Source: Escherichia phage ECBP2
Sequence record: NC_018859.1
Reading direction: 5' to 3' (one strand)
Length of the DNA stretch: 64,000 nucleotides
Shown: piece after piece, positions 19,747-30,762 of the stretch
Position numbering within the stretch: position 1 is the stretch's first letter
Layout of the letters: each line of letters begins with the position of its first letter
Translations under genes and position numbers: made by a program
The notes under the pieces: generated by a model
The model's input: the letters and a program-made list of their open reading frames with translations, nothing else
The model's database searches: none
Told to the model about the DNA's origin: nothing

Positions 19747-20757
19747 ATGGGTGCTGGAGGTTTTCGTAAGAATACTGGAAGAAACAACACCACACTTCCC
19801 TACAACGTTGGGTTTCTAAACAATGTAGAGGATACGGATAAATATAACGTTGCAGTTTATGATGAATTACAGAAAGTCAGTACAGCAACCAATCAAATGT
19901 TCCAAGCAATCGACGAGATTCATGATGAGATAGATGTTCGTATTAAAGCTCTTCATGCAATGAATCTACAGTTCGATGAACTTGAGAACCGAATTACTAC
20001 AGAGATTGAAACAGCAATTGCTGATATCCAAACACAGATGGGTAATCTATCCACTGAAGATATTTGGGATAGAAGCACTAATCCTCCTACTAAATTGGAT
20101 GGTACAGTTGCAGGTTTCAAAACTTCTATTGAAGGTAATGACTTAAAGATTCAGACAGTACAAGGGATTGTGAACGAACAGGGAGAGGAGATTGCTTTAG
20201 TTCAAACAGAACTTACTGCTCAGGGTACTCAGATTGCTGAAGTGGATGGTAAGGTTACTACCGTACAGAACTCTCTTTCTCAATACATGAGATTAGACAG
20301 CTATGAAGCTACATGGGGTGTCAACTCTTCTGTTAACGGTCAGTATGCTGGAGTTAAACTTACTAACAACGGTACGAATAGTCAATTCCAAGTAACAGCT
20401 AACAAGTTTATTGTCGGTGATGGTAACTCAGGTAACACACCTTTCGTATTTGAAGGCGGTAGGGCTAGGATGGAGTTCGCTGATATTAAGAACGTCAACA
20501 TTACCACAGCTCAGATTGCTAATGCTCGTATTCAGTTTGCTCAGATTGATAACGTGTGGATTACTGACGGTCAGATTGCTAACCTTACTGCTAACAAGAT
20601 TACTGCTGGTTCTATGAGTGGTTCTAATTGGAGACTTACAGTTGGTGGAGATTTTGTTATGGGTGGTACAGGTGGGGCACAGCTGTGGATGAATGGTAAC
20701 AGGATTGATTTCTACGATGGTGGTGGTGCTTTGAGAATTAGAATAGGGAGTTGGTAA
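19747..20757 (+). CDS. tail fiber-like protein (N-terminal coiled coil)
   Basis: ORF-track start at 19735 is a TTG; the ATG at 19747 sits 6 nt after GGAGG. Confidence 0.5.
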   Translation: MGAGGFRKNTGRNNTTLPYNVGFLNNVEDTDKYNVAVYDELQKVSTATNQMFQAIDEIHDEIDVRIKALHAMNLQFDELENRITTEIETAIADIQTQMGNLSTEDIWDRSTNPPTKLDGTVAGFKTSIEGNDLKIQTVQGIVNEQGEEIALVQTELTAQGTQIAEVDGKVTTVQNSLSQYMRLDSYEATWGVNSSVNGQYAGVKLTNNGTNSQFQVTANKFIVGDGNSGNTPFVFEGGRARMEFADIKNVNITTAQIANARIQFAQIDNVWITDGQIANLTANKITAGSMSGSNWRLTVGGDFVMGGTGGAQLWMNGNRIDFYDGGGALRIRIGSW

Positions 20758-20758
20758 T

Positions 20759-21778
20759 ATGGCGTATGGAATATGGTGTCAACCAGTGGGGCCGGGTCCA
20801 GCTACTCCGGCTGCTTTGTTTATAGATAGTAATTTAACATTTCCACAATATCTAGGGGCTTTTAGTATATCCCCTTCTTGGAGTGCAAGGAATGCCTCTT
20901 TTACTGTCGGTTCCTTTGACGGACAAGGTGAGTTGCTTATTGTTCCTACTAGTCGGTTGATTCAAGATTATTATGTTGGTACAGACCTGATGCCAAGCTT
21001 CAGCACTGTCACTGGCATAGGAACCTCTGGTCAGACTGTTAATATAAATATAGACCCAGCTGGTGCGAGTGGTAACAACAACCGTAACTTCCCCATGAGC
21101 TTTCAAGCCTATAAACTCTGGCCTAGAGGTAATAGGAGTTATGGTATCACTTTCTCTAACTCAGCTGACTTCTTCTCTATCTCTGATAGTGGAGTTGTTG
21201 GTCAATGCACTTGGGCATACAGAGGTGGTGTTGGTGACGGCTTCACTGTTCCTAATGCTGGACCTAATGCTCTGGTTTTTGCCAATTGGAGTCAGGGAGG
21301 TGTGTGTGTTGGTTATAATCCAAGTAATAGTCAAATGATTATTACTCACAATAGATCTAATCAATCTGGTAATAACAGAGGGGCTTCTGTTGGAGACATG
21401 CGAATAGCAGTATTTGCCAGTGGTGTAGGAGTTCCTGAGCACAATGGTGGCCTAAACATCTATTCACCGGGGACTACTTCTTGTGTCTTTTCTACCTACA
21501 GAACTCCTTTTGCCATAAACAGATTCTTCCCTTCTAGTGGAGGAGGTACTGGATTAGGTATTCCTATGATGTGCCTTAATACTACTAATGGAGCTATAAC
21601 TGGTCAAGGTGGGGGTTGGATGTGGGTTCATGAAAGAACACATACAATGGAGAATGGTACTGTTGGTACAGGTTTTGGACCTCTGGTTGCTAACTGGACA
21701 GATCAATATCCAATCAATGTAAATATAAATTTGAACTTCACATACCCAATGCTAGAAGGTTCTTTAATATACGCTTAA
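20759..21778 (+). CDS. tail/receptor-binding protein (hypothetical)
   Basis: 339 aa, Gly/Asn/Ser/Thr-rich beta-type composition; ATG adjacent to the previous stop. Confidence 0.45.
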   Translation: MAYGIWCQPVGPGPATPAALFIDSNLTFPQYLGAFSISPSWSARNASFTVGSFDGQGELLIVPTSRLIQDYYVGTDLMPSFSTVTGIGTSGQTVNINIDPAGASGNNNRNFPMSFQAYKLWPRGNRSYGITFSNSADFFSISDSGVVGQCTWAYRGGVGDGFTVPNAGPNALVFANWSQGGVCVGYNPSNSQMIITHNRSNQSGNNRGASVGDMRIAVFASGVGVPEHNGGLNIYSPGTTSCVFSTYRTPFAINRFFPSSGGGTGLGIPMMCLNTTNGAITGQGGGWMWVHERTHTMENGTVGTGFGPLVANWTDQYPINVNINLNFTYPMLEGSLIYA

Positions 21779-21787
21779 GGAGGATTT

Positions 21788-22582
21788 ATGACAATACGCA
21801 TGGGAGTGTCCGAGCTAGACCCTATGGTCCAGCAAGCTTCTAAAAAGTACGGCATTCCTGCTGCTCTTATCCATGCAGTTATTCAGAGGGAGTCTAGTGG
21901 TAGACCTTCTGTTGCATCAGGTACAGGGCCGGTAGGTTTAATGCAAATAAGTAAAGGGCTGGCTAAGGATTATGGCTACAAACTAGAAGATCGTCTAGAC
22001 CCTGCTAAGAATATTGATATGGGTGCTAGGTATATCAGAGACAACTTAAAAGCTTTTGATGGTGATGTGAAGAAAGCTATGGTGGGATATTCTGAAGGGA
22101 CTGGTGGAGCAAAACAAATGTTCGCTGGTAAGAAAGGATTCACACCTCAGGCTTTGGATTCTATGAACAATAAGAACTTTCTTCCTTTCTATACAGCTAA
22201 TGATGCTGCTGGTCAGGTTGCTAACCCGATGGGTGCTTTACAGTCAGTACAGCCAGTGAATCAGTTCTCTCCTGAATTGGTTACTAGAGAAGGTGCTGCT
22301 AATGCTCCTACTCAGGCTGAGATTGCTGCTGCTAAGACAGGTGCTCTTGGTGGCTCCCCTACTGAGTTCTATTCTGATGATGTAGAGGAAGCTGGAGAAG
22401 ATCAGAAGCCACAACAGAACTTTGGTAATGCTGCACTAGCTGCTGCTGCAATGTTAGCGGGTAAGGCTCCTAAGTCTCAAACAGTTCAGAGAGCACATGC
22501 ACCAACTCAAGCAGGTTCTCAATACAGCCCACATACACAAGCCGTTCTTAGACGTTTGGCAAGTGTTGGTGTTATTAAATAA
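21788..22582 (+). CDS. virion-associated lytic transglycosylase (SLT domain)
   Basis: ESSGRPSVASGTGPVGLMQIS resembles the SLT catalytic-Glu motif; RBS AAGGAGG. Confidence 0.7.
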   Translation: MTIRMGVSELDPMVQQASKKYGIPAALIHAVIQRESSGRPSVASGTGPVGLMQISKGLAKDYGYKLEDRLDPAKNIDMGARYIRDNLKAFDGDVKKAMVGYSEGTGGAKQMFAGKKGFTPQALDSMNNKNFLPFYTANDAAGQVANPMGALQSVQPVNQFSPELVTREGAANAPTQAEIAAAKTGALGGSPTEFYSDDVEEAGEDQKPQQNFGNAALAAAAMLAGKAPKSQTVQRAHAPTQAGSQYSPHTQAVLRRLASVGVIK

Positions 22583-22594
22583 TAAGGAGGACGT

Positions 22595-23644
22595 ATGTCT
22601 TTATTCGGGTCTGCTTCTAAGACTAAAACTACAGTGGCTCCATCTTCTCAGGTTGATGCTCTGTTAAAACAGATTGTAGCTAATGCTCAGAATATGAATA
22701 GCAATGATGCAGGTTTCATCTCTCAGCAATTGGCTGGTCTCAATCCTAATCAACAAGCTGCTCTTTCTAACCTAGCTAACTCCTCTACCCTGAACCAGTT
22801 GAGTGGTATGTATACTCCTCGTACACAGCAGGGCTTAGATCAGATGAATACTCTGGCTCAGAAGTATTCTGCTCTAGGTAACAACTCTATTGGTGCTGGT
22901 GATGTTAATAACTTCAGTTCTGGACTTAATAACTCAGCTCTTGCTCAGTCAACTGGTAAAGCAGCTTCTAATGTATCTCTCGGTAATGGCTCTGACTCAG
23001 GTTCTCTCCGTCGTGCTTCTGCTCAAGGTGCTGCTTTGAACTCTGCTAATACTAATCTGTCTCGTAGCATCTCTGGCAAGAATTTGGGTGTTAATGCGCT
23101 CCAGTCTAATAACTCTTTCCAACAAGGATTGCTTAATGCTCAGACTGGATTAGCTGGACAGAATTTGAATCTTGGTGCTCAAGGTACACAAGCTGCTCAA
23201 CAGGCTATTCAGAACCAACTTACTGCTGGTAATCTACAGCAACAGCAAGATCAAGCACAAGCTGACCTTAATTGGCAGAACGCTATTGGTAGTCAACAAT
23301 ATGGGTGGAATCAACTCAACAACCAACTGAATGTATTAAACTCAGTAAGTCCTATGGCTGGTTACACAATTACTAACAAAGGAGCCGCTCCTAATACAAC
23401 TCAACAGCTTCTTGGAGCTGGTGTCACTGGTCTAGGTATTGCAGGTCGGTTAGGTGCATTCACTCCTAGTCAACAAACTACGAATGCTTGGAACTCCTAC
23501 AATGCTTCTGGTGGTCAATCTGGTATGGCTGGTCCTATGATTGGTGGGTCTAACCTTTCCAACTCTTCTGGTCAGAGTAACTGGTTGTCTACAGCTGGGA
23601 GTAATATTTTAGGTGGTGTTCTCGGAGCCTTCGGGGCGAACTAA
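22595..23644 (+). CDS. low-complexity Q/N/S/G/A-rich virion protein
   Basis: 349 aa dominated by Gln/Asn/Ser/Gly/Ala/Leu; RBS AAGGAGG. Confidence 0.5.
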   Translation: MSLFGSASKTKTTVAPSSQVDALLKQIVANAQNMNSNDAGFISQQLAGLNPNQQAALSNLANSSTLNQLSGMYTPRTQQGLDQMNTLAQKYSALGNNSIGAGDVNNFSSGLNNSALAQSTGKAASNVSLGNGSDSGSLRRASAQGAALNSANTNLSRSISGKNLGVNALQSNNSFQQGLLNAQTGLAGQNLNLGAQGTQAAQQAIQNQLTAGNLQQQQDQAQADLNWQNAIGSQQYGWNQLNNQLNVLNSVSPMAGYTITNKGAAPNTTQQLLGAGVTGLGIAGRLGAFTPSQQTTNAWNSYNASGGQSGMAGPMIGGSNLSNSSGQSNWLSTAGSNILGGVLGAFGAN

Positions 23645-23653
23645 GGAGGAGTT

Positions 23654-24622
23654 ATGGGTTTATTTGGTGGAGGGGGTAGCACGTCTACTTCCAAAATGAC
23701 AAGACCTGAATATATTCAAAATTATATTGACCAACTAGTCAATCAGGTGAATAACACAAGTTCAGGCGATTATGTTTATAAAGACAATGTAGGTTTTAAT
23801 CAGAACCAAACTGAGGCTCTGAATAACCTTTCTCAATCAGGGGCACTAGGTGCTCTCTCTTCTCAGTACATGGGTGCTGCTCAATCTGGTCTAGGTTATC
23901 TTGACCAAGCTAATACTGGTTACAACAATCTGACTAATTCAGGTCAAATCACTGGAGAACAGATTGGTGCTTTGGCTGGTCAACTCTATGATGATGACGC
24001 TGTTCAGGCTGCTATTACAGCTAATAACGAACAGACCCAGCAAGACTTGGCTCGTAATGCTCTTCCTCAATTGGCTCAACAGTATGCTGGTCAGCAAGGT
24101 TCAGGTGCACGTATGGCTAAATCTTTTGCTCAGGGTGATGCTCTGAATCAGATGCAGAATACAGCAACCAATATTACTAACAGTGCTTATGACTCTGCTG
24201 TCAATCAGGCTCAGAGTATCCTGTCTGGTAATAGACAATCTCAGGCTTCCGCTCTAAGTGGTCTCTCTGGTATCGGTAACACTATGTCTAACCTTGGTAC
24301 TCAGGCAGGTCAACTTTCTCAACAGCAGATGCAGAATCAATGGGCAGCAGGTTTGCAACAGCAACAACAGCAACAGTCTGAATTGGACAATGCTTATACT
24401 AATGCTCAGAATGCAGCCAATTGGGGCTATCAAGACATTAATAACCAACTCGGTGCAGCAGGCGTACTCAATGGTGCTTTAGGGACAACGACTACTAATA
24501 AAGTTTCAGGTGGTGGAAGTGGTTTCTTAGGTGGTGCTATGAGTGGCGCAGCAGCAGGCTCTTCCTTTGGACCTTGGGGTGCGTTAGCAGGTGGGGTCAT
24601 TGGTGGGTTGGCTAGTTCTTAA
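23654..24622 (+). CDS. low-complexity Q/N/S/G/A-rich virion protein (paralog-like)
   Basis: 322 aa with composition similar to the preceding gene; RBS AAGGAGG. Confidence 0.5.
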   Translation: MGLFGGGGSTSTSKMTRPEYIQNYIDQLVNQVNNTSSGDYVYKDNVGFNQNQTEALNNLSQSGALGALSSQYMGAAQSGLGYLDQANTGYNNLTNSGQITGEQIGALAGQLYDDDAVQAAITANNEQTQQDLARNALPQLAQQYAGQQGSGARMAKSFAQGDALNQMQNTATNITNSAYDSAVNQAQSILSGNRQSQASALSGLSGIGNTMSNLGTQAGQLSQQQMQNQWAAGLQQQQQQQSELDNAYTNAQNAANWGYQDINNQLGAAGVLNGALGTTTTNKVSGGGSGFLGGAMSGAAAGSSFGPWGALAGGVIGGLASS

Positions 24623-24636
24623 TTAGGAGATTAATT

Positions 24637-26268
24637 ATGCAACAAACATCTTACGCGTATCTTCGTAGTCAAGACCCGCGCAATCAGATTTATGGTGATC
24701 GTCAGAGAGGGGTTACGGCCTCTCCTTACATGTCTAGACCTGCTGGTCCAGCTGCTGACCTTTCTATGTATCAGCGTCCTGCTGTACCTGCTGGTTTGGA
24801 TGAACAAGTACAACAAGCTCAGGCTGATCAACAGGCAATGGTCAATCCGGGATTCAAGCAACGTTTGTATGAACAGCAAGGCATTTCTGTCCCTACCAGT
24901 TTGGCTGGTATTGACGCTGGTATTAATCCGGGTGAAGAAGGCTCTATGATACCTCCTGATGTAGCTCCTGCTTCTAGTCCTCTTCCGGTTACTGCTCCTG
25001 CTAAACCAATTGAAGAGTCAGATAAAGAATTTGCCCCTGAACAAGTACAACAGGCACAAGGTGTGATGAATACTATCGCTTCTGGAGTTCCTCAGGGTGA
25101 AGGTATGAGCGGTGCTACTCGTGCTGCTGACCAAGAACGTGTTAACCAAGATATCCTTAAAGTTGCACAATCTAAGAACCCAGCAGAAGCTTGGAAGACT
25201 ATGCAGAAACAACCTTTCTATCAGAACTCTAGTTTCTATACTGGTTTGATGGGTGTAGGTCTTTCTATTATGTCTGGTAAGTCTCCGATTGAAGCATTCC
25301 AGATTGGTTCTGGTATGGCATCTCAGGATGAAGCTAAACAACAGTTGGAGTTGAACCGTGATAACCTGATTGAACAAGGTTACTCTCAAGATTCTGTAGC
25401 TGCTGCTATAGCTTCTGGTGATCCTTCGATGTTGAAGATGCGTCAGATTAGTCCTCAGGAGAAGATGGCTCTTGCTGCTCAGGATGAAGCTCGTGCTAAT
25501 CAAGAGTGGGATAGACGTCAACAGATTCAAGACCAGTCGGTTCGTGAACGTGCTGCTGAAACTCGTCGTGCTGCTGAAGAACGTGCCGATGCACAGTTTG
25601 CTAAACAGAAAGAGCTTATTGGCTATCGTGATCAGGTTAAAGCAGACCGTGCAGAACAAGCTGCTCAGAGCTTCAACTTCAGTACGAAAGAGCTTCGTAA
25701 CGTTCAGAATACTGCTGAAGGCTCTGTTGCTAAACAGTGGGCAGAAAAAGCAGCTCTGTTTAAACAGTCTCACAAAGACTTGGATTTGGCAGACAAAGCC
25801 ATTAAAGATGGTGATTATCAATCTGCTCGTACCGCTTACATGCAGGCTATCATGAACTCCGCAAGGGCTGAAATTGGTGCTAACCGCTCTCTGCAAGCAG
25901 ATGACTTATCCCACTTTGCAGAAGACCCGTCAATCTTTGTTAAGACTGGTAACACTTGGTCTCTCAAAGCTGGTTATCGTCCTTCTGATGCAGCTCTGTC
26001 TTATGCTCGTAAGCAGGCAACAGTTGGTGCTTCTTCCGCTGATAAGGGTGTTCTGGAATCTAAGAAAGCTACAATTGATGCTTATATTGGTTCTGGCATG
26101 GATAAGAAGCGTGCAACTGCTGTGGTTAACCGTGGTATCCCTTCTGGTGGTTTCTATGACCCATACAAGACTTTTGATGCAGAAGCTGATGAAGCTGTTG
26201 GTGGTGCAGCAACTAATCCCAAACTTAATGGTGCTCTGTCTTCTAATGTTGATTGGATGATTCAGTAA
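24637..26268 (+). CDS. internal virion protein (hypothetical)
   Basis: 543 aa, RBS AGGAG, lies in the run of probable ejection/internal proteins. Confidence 0.5.
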   Translation: MQQTSYAYLRSQDPRNQIYGDRQRGVTASPYMSRPAGPAADLSMYQRPAVPAGLDEQVQQAQADQQAMVNPGFKQRLYEQQGISVPTSLAGIDAGINPGEEGSMIPPDVAPASSPLPVTAPAKPIEESDKEFAPEQVQQAQGVMNTIASGVPQGEGMSGATRAADQERVNQDILKVAQSKNPAEAWKTMQKQPFYQNSSFYTGLMGVGLSIMSGKSPIEAFQIGSGMASQDEAKQQLELNRDNLIEQGYSQDSVAAAIASGDPSMLKMRQISPQEKMALAAQDEARANQEWDRRQQIQDQSVRERAAETRRAAEERADAQFAKQKELIGYRDQVKADRAEQAAQSFNFSTKELRNVQNTAEGSVAKQWAEKAALFKQSHKDLDLADKAIKDGDYQSARTAYMQAIMNSARAEIGANRSLQADDLSHFAEDPSIFVKTGNTWSLKAGYRPSDAALSYARKQATVGASSADKGVLESKKATIDAYIGSGMDKKRATAVVNRGIPSGGFYDPYKTFDAEADEAVGGAATNPKLNGALSSNVDWMIQ

Positions 26269-26288
26269 GACCTAAGTCCTATCTCTTA

Positions 26289-26297
26289 TAATGTATA
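26289..26297 (+). promoter_or_regulatory. TAATGTATA promoter-like motif
   Basis: Exact TAATGTATA about 37 nt upstream of the 26334 start. Confidence 0.35.
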
Positions 26298-26333
26298 TAG
26301 GAGGTAGGACATTTTTATTTATAAGGAGAAATT

Positions 26334-29300
26334 ATGGCTAACTTAAAACCGTGGGAAGAAGCTTCTAAAAGCCCTGCGTATTTGAACGCCTCCCCTGAGC
26401 AACAGTCTCAGATGCGAGAACAATATAAAGCAGCAGGTGGAACAATTCCTGAGGCGGCTCCAGCTCCGAAACAAGAAGAACAACCGGGATTAATTGGTGA
26501 CTTTGCTCAAGGTGTGTCCAATGCTATTCAATCAGGTGGTGCTAATATTGCAGCTAGTGCTGCTAGAGGTATTGGTGGATTAGTTGAGATTGGAGAGAAT
26601 CTAACTGGTTCACAGACAAGCTATGGTAAGCGTATTCAAGAGAACTCTAAGAATTTATTAGAAGAACGTCTCTCTAAGATTGAAGATGGTATTGGGAAGT
26701 CAGCTGGTCAGTATGCTGGTGTCGCTGCTGATATCGGTTTGACAGTTGCTAACCCTGCTATAGCTGCTGCTGTTATTGCAGCTCGTGAGACAGGCCGTGC
26801 TTATGCAGACCAAACTCCAGAAGAGGGTGAAGAGAAGTCTGTTCTTGATGCTGGTTTAGTTGGTGGTGCTAACTTTGCAGCTCAGAAGATTCTTCCGGGG
26901 ATGACAGGCACTGCTTCTACTACTCTAGGTCGTGTTGGTCAGAGTGTAGCATCTAATGCAGTGGCTGGTGCTAAAGGTGGTGCTCTTGTAGGTGCTGCTG
27001 AAGCACAGAACAAATATGGTGATGACACTACTCTTGCTAATATTATTGAAGGTGCTGTAGAAGAAGGTGCGATGGGCGCTGCTTATGGTGGGGCTATTGG
27101 TGGGGTTCATGGATTGATCAGTCGTCCTAGTCCTCAAGTATTTGACCGTACTCCAGAGCATGTTAAAACTGATATTGCCGCTGAAGATGAAGCGATACGT
27201 AGTGCTACTAATGCTGATGAATTACGTGAAGCGTATTCTAAAGCTGACAATGCTAACACTGCTTCTGCCCTTAACCTTCTGGACGAGAATGGTTTCCGTG
27301 TTACTGATGCTGTGGCTATGGATTCTCCTGCTGCTCAGCGTATCCTGAACACTGACCAAAGTCGTGCTGAGAAGGCTGCTACCATTCTGGAAGATCGTTC
27401 TAACGTTCCGGGTTTGAACCCTCTTGCTGCTCCTAACAAGCGTCAAGGTAAAGCGAACGCTGATAACGAACACAACCAGAAACAAGCCGTAGCAATGAAA
27501 GATGCGATGGCTGACTATACGAAAGACAACACTAAGTCTCTATCTGACGTACTGGACAATCTTGACCGTGAATTAACATCTGCTCGTGCTAGTGGTGACT
27601 TTACTGGTAGTGCTATGGATATTAAGAATCGTACTCAAGCTGACCGTGACTTCATTGATGCTTACAAAACTTTCTATAACGAAGCTAACCGATTCAAAGC
27701 TCGTGATGGTGAAGACTTCAACAACTTCATCGAGAAAGCAACTGAACTACAGAAGCTAGCTGATAATGTTTCTCCAGAGATGAAGACTGCTATTGGTGGT
27801 TTGAAGAAACTCAAAGGTATGCCTGAAGGTTTCAACCCAATCCAAGATGCTTTCACTCTGAATAACACAGCTAAGTTAATGAGTAACCAAGACCGTGGTT
27901 GGACCTCTCTAACTGCTGACGGTTTCAAAGAAGCTGCTCCTCCGGTTCTGATTAAGAATCCACTTGGTGCTGCTAAACATGTTCTCAACCGTTTCCGTTC
28001 TGACCGTGCTCGCTCTCAACGTGAAGGCCAACAGGCGGCTAACAGCGAAGCTATTCGTTCTCTTGCTCGTAGTGATATGGAAGTAACTCGTGCTCGTGCT
28101 CAGGCTGATGAAGCTCGTGCTGCGATGGAGAAAGAACCTGAAGTTGATGACATTAAATTTAGAACTCAAAATGACCCGGAAATCGAACCGGTTCGGGAGC
28201 CTTCTGCTACTACTGTGACGGAAGAAATTTCCTCTCCTCAAACCTCTCCTTTAACTGCTCGTGATTTGGTCGCACAAAGACGTGCTTTGAAGGAAGCTCA
28301 AGCTAGACGTCAGGAAGCCGAAGCTAGTAAGATTCAGGAAGAGCCAACTCCCGAGCCAGAGCCACAAGAACCAGTTACTACAGCGAGAGATTTAGTTGCT
28401 CAACGTCGTGCTGTTTCAGAAGCTCGTAAACGTCAAGAAGCAGAAGAGGCCAGCAAGGCTGCTGAGAGCGCCCCCGAGGAACCAACTGTTCAAGCAGAGC
28501 CATTGCCTACCCGTGCTCCTAAAGCTCCTGAGGTTGAGGCTGAGCCTGTTAAACCGGCTACTGGAATCGAACGTCTGGCTGCTATGTCAAGTGCTGCTCG
28601 TCAAGCTACTAAAGACCGTGCAGATCGCTTTGCTCGTTCTCTGTATACGGCAGGTGCGAAGGCTAAAGCTACAGCTGAAAACTTCCTTTCTTATAAAGGT
28701 GACCCGAAAGAGTTGATGCGTCGTATTCGTCAGGAAGACCAAGCGAACAACTCCGAACGTCATGCTGAGATGGCTCGTAACCAACTTGCTTCTCAACAGG
28801 GTATTGCTGCTGCTAAGTCACAACGTGTTCGTTCTTCGTTTGCTGATTGGGTTAAGGAACGTGGTCTGCCTTCTGATATTGCTACCAAGGCATTACGTGC
28901 TGAGGAGAAAGGTATTGGTGGGAACGTGACTAGTTTGGATTCACTGAAGCGTAGGTCTGAACGTCTGTATCAGAAACAACGTGATGATGAATTTAACAAA
29001 CTATATGAGGAAGCTCTTGCAGAGAATAAGAAGATTGACAAAGCTGATGCCCCTAAACTGGTTGACCAGAAGAAAGAGTTACACAGTGAAATCAATACAC
29101 TTCTTGATGCAGAGCCATTACGTCCAGCTCAGAAAGATGCTATGCGTAAGATGATGGAAGATTTTGTAGATGGGAAGTTTAAAGCTTCAGAGAGGGCTGG
29201 AAGGGAAGATGCTTTGGAAGTGGGACAGATGAAGGATATATGGGATGGCTTTATCAACACCTATAACCGTGAAGTTAACATGTTCAACAAAGCTAATAAG

Positions 29301-30752
29301 AACTCTCAGTACGAAGCAGCAGCTAAACACCTGCAAGCACGTCAGGAACGTCTTGATACGCTCCGTAACAGGGCTAAGGCTCGTAGTGATGCCAAGGCAG
29401 CGGTAGAGACAGAAAGGCAGTCTCTCGAAGCTATAGCGGCTCAGAAATCGGAGATGGAGAAACTGATGAAAGATCTGCCAGAGTCAGTACGTGAAGCTCA
29501 GGAAGGTCGTACGCTGAAACAGTTAGCAGCTCACCATGAGAAGAACTCTCCTGTACCACCAGAGCGTTTCCGTAGTATCATTGAACGTATCCACAACGCA
29601 GAGAGTGATTACATCGACCGTAAACGTCGACTCACTGAAGCGGAAGAAGATGCTCGTGAAGCTAAGTGGAATAAGATGTATGAGCAAGCGGAAGAGATGA
29701 ACCGTAAGTTCGATATTGACTCTCGTGTACAGCGTGATAAGAAGCTCAAAGAAGCTCAGGAAGCAGAGAATGACCGTATGGCAGTACAACGTCAACGTGA
29801 TGACATTCACAAGCGCCTGATGCGTTCTATGGAGGATAAGGGTATTCCTAAGGAAGATGCAGAAATCTTTGCAGGTTCTTATATGGATAACCGTTACTCT
29901 CTTCTGGAGAAACCTATGACTCCTACTGAGCACCAGAATGCTCGCTCTCGTATTGAATCTGATATCTCTAAGTTTGCTAAGGATTTTGAGAAGATGACAC
30001 CAATCGAGAAAGATATTGCTAAGGCAACTGGTGATATGGATGGGAAGGTAGAGGTGGATGCAGACACTTCGAAAGCTATCGAAGATGCGAAGAAGGTAGA
30101 TTCTGAGTTGAAGAAACTTCAGGATGAAGAGTTGGAAATGGAGAAAGTTCGTTCGGCGTTGCCGGAAGATGAAAGATCTCAAGCCTCCTCTGATATACTG
30201 GAAAGTATTAAGAAGCAGGAAGATGACTTTGCTAACAAAGCAGAGAAAGCTTTTATCGAAGGGAAAGACTTGCAGGAGCTGGCTAGTGTAGCGGAGGTTC
30301 TAGATAGGGTTCATGGTGCTGACAAAGCTGGTAATAACCGTCGCTTTGTGCGTGCTTTACAAACGGCTGCGGAGAACAAGAAACAATATGGAGATAATCC
30401 AGTGGCTTGGTTTAGTGCTGATGATTACTCTGCTATTGCGAAACTTGGTGCTGCTTCAGCGGGTGGTAACAAATCTAGAGCACTGGAGAAAATCTTTGGT
30501 TCTACTGCTGAACAAGCTAAAGGGAAACTTTTAGGGCGGGATGATGTAGCGAAGATTAGACATGTGATTGAAGAGAATCCTGATGTTAAGATTCCTTCTT
30601 ACAAGACAACTACTCGACAAGAGTATTTACAGTTCTTGGAGAAGTATAATGACGAGGGAGAGTTGAAAGTCAAACGTGGTTCTCTGTCTGACAAGTTGGA
30701 GAGAGGTAAGCGTCAAGCTAAACTCCGTGTTAGAGTTCGAGCTAAGGAGTAA
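26334..30752 (+). CDS. large internal virion / ejection protein (coiled-coil rich)
   Basis: 1472 aa; Ala/Glu/Lys/Arg-rich helical composition; internal tandem repeat TARDLVAQRRA(L/V)...EAEASK at about 28250..28480. Confidence 0.6.
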   Translation: MANLKPWEEASKSPAYLNASPEQQSQMREQYKAAGGTIPEAAPAPKQEEQPGLIGDFAQGVSNAIQSGGANIAASAARGIGGLVEIGENLTGSQTSYGKRIQENSKNLLEERLSKIEDGIGKSAGQYAGVAADIGLTVANPAIAAAVIAARETGRAYADQTPEEGEEKSVLDAGLVGGANFAAQKILPGMTGTASTTLGRVGQSVASNAVAGAKGGALVGAAEAQNKYGDDTTLANIIEGAVEEGAMGAAYGGAIGGVHGLISRPSPQVFDRTPEHVKTDIAAEDEAIRSATNADELREAYSKADNANTASALNLLDENGFRVTDAVAMDSPAAQRILNTDQSRAEKAATILEDRSNVPGLNPLAAPNKRQGKANADNEHNQKQAVAMKDAMADYTKDNTKSLSDVLDNLDRELTSARASGDFTGSAMDIKNRTQADRDFIDAYKTFYNEANRFKARDGEDFNNFIEKATELQKLADNVSPEMKTAIGGLKKLKGMPEGFNPIQDAFTLNNTAKLMSNQDRGWTSLTADGFKEAAPPVLIKNPLGAAKHVLNRFRSDRARSQREGQQAANSEAIRSLARSDMEVTRARAQADEARAAMEKEPEVDDIKFRTQNDPEIEPVREPSATTVTEEISSPQTSPLTARDLVAQRRALKEAQARRQEAEASKIQEEPTPEPEPQEPVTTARDLVAQRRAVSEARKRQEAEEASKAAESAPEEPTVQAEPLPTRAPKAPEVEAEPVKPATGIERLAAMSSAARQATKDRADRFARSLYTAGAKAKATAENFLSYKGDPKELMRRIRQEDQANNSERHAEMARNQLASQQGIAAAKSQRVRSSFADWVKERGLPSDIATKALRAEEKGIGGNVTSLDSLKRRSERLYQKQRDDEFNKLYEEALAENKKIDKADAPKLVDQKKELHSEINTLLDAEPLRPAQKDAMRKMMEDFVDGKFKASERAGREDALEVGQMKDIWDGFINTYNREVNMFNKANKNSQYEAAAKHLQARQERLDTLRNRAKARSDAKAAVETERQSLEAIAAQKSEMEKLMKDLPESVREAQEGRTLKQLAAHHEKNSPVPPERFRSIIERIHNAESDYIDRKRRLTEAEEDAREAKWNKMYEQAEEMNRKFDIDSRVQRDKKLKEAQEAENDRMAVQRQRDDIHKRLMRSMEDKGIPKEDAEIFAGSYMDNRYSLLEKPMTPTEHQNARSRIESDISKFAKDFEKMTPIEKDIAKATGDMDGKVEVDADTSKAIEDAKKVDSELKKLQDEELEMEKVRSALPEDERSQASSDILESIKKQEDDFANKAEKAFIEGKDLQELASVAEVLDRVHGADKAGNNRRFVRALQTAAENKKQYGDNPVAWFSADDYSAIAKLGAASAGGNKSRALEKIFGSTAEQAKGKLLGRDDVAKIRHVIEENPDVKIPSYKTTTRQEYLQFLEKYNDEGELKVKRGSLSDKLERGKRQAKLRVRVRAKE

Positions 30753-30762
30753 ACAAGAAAAG

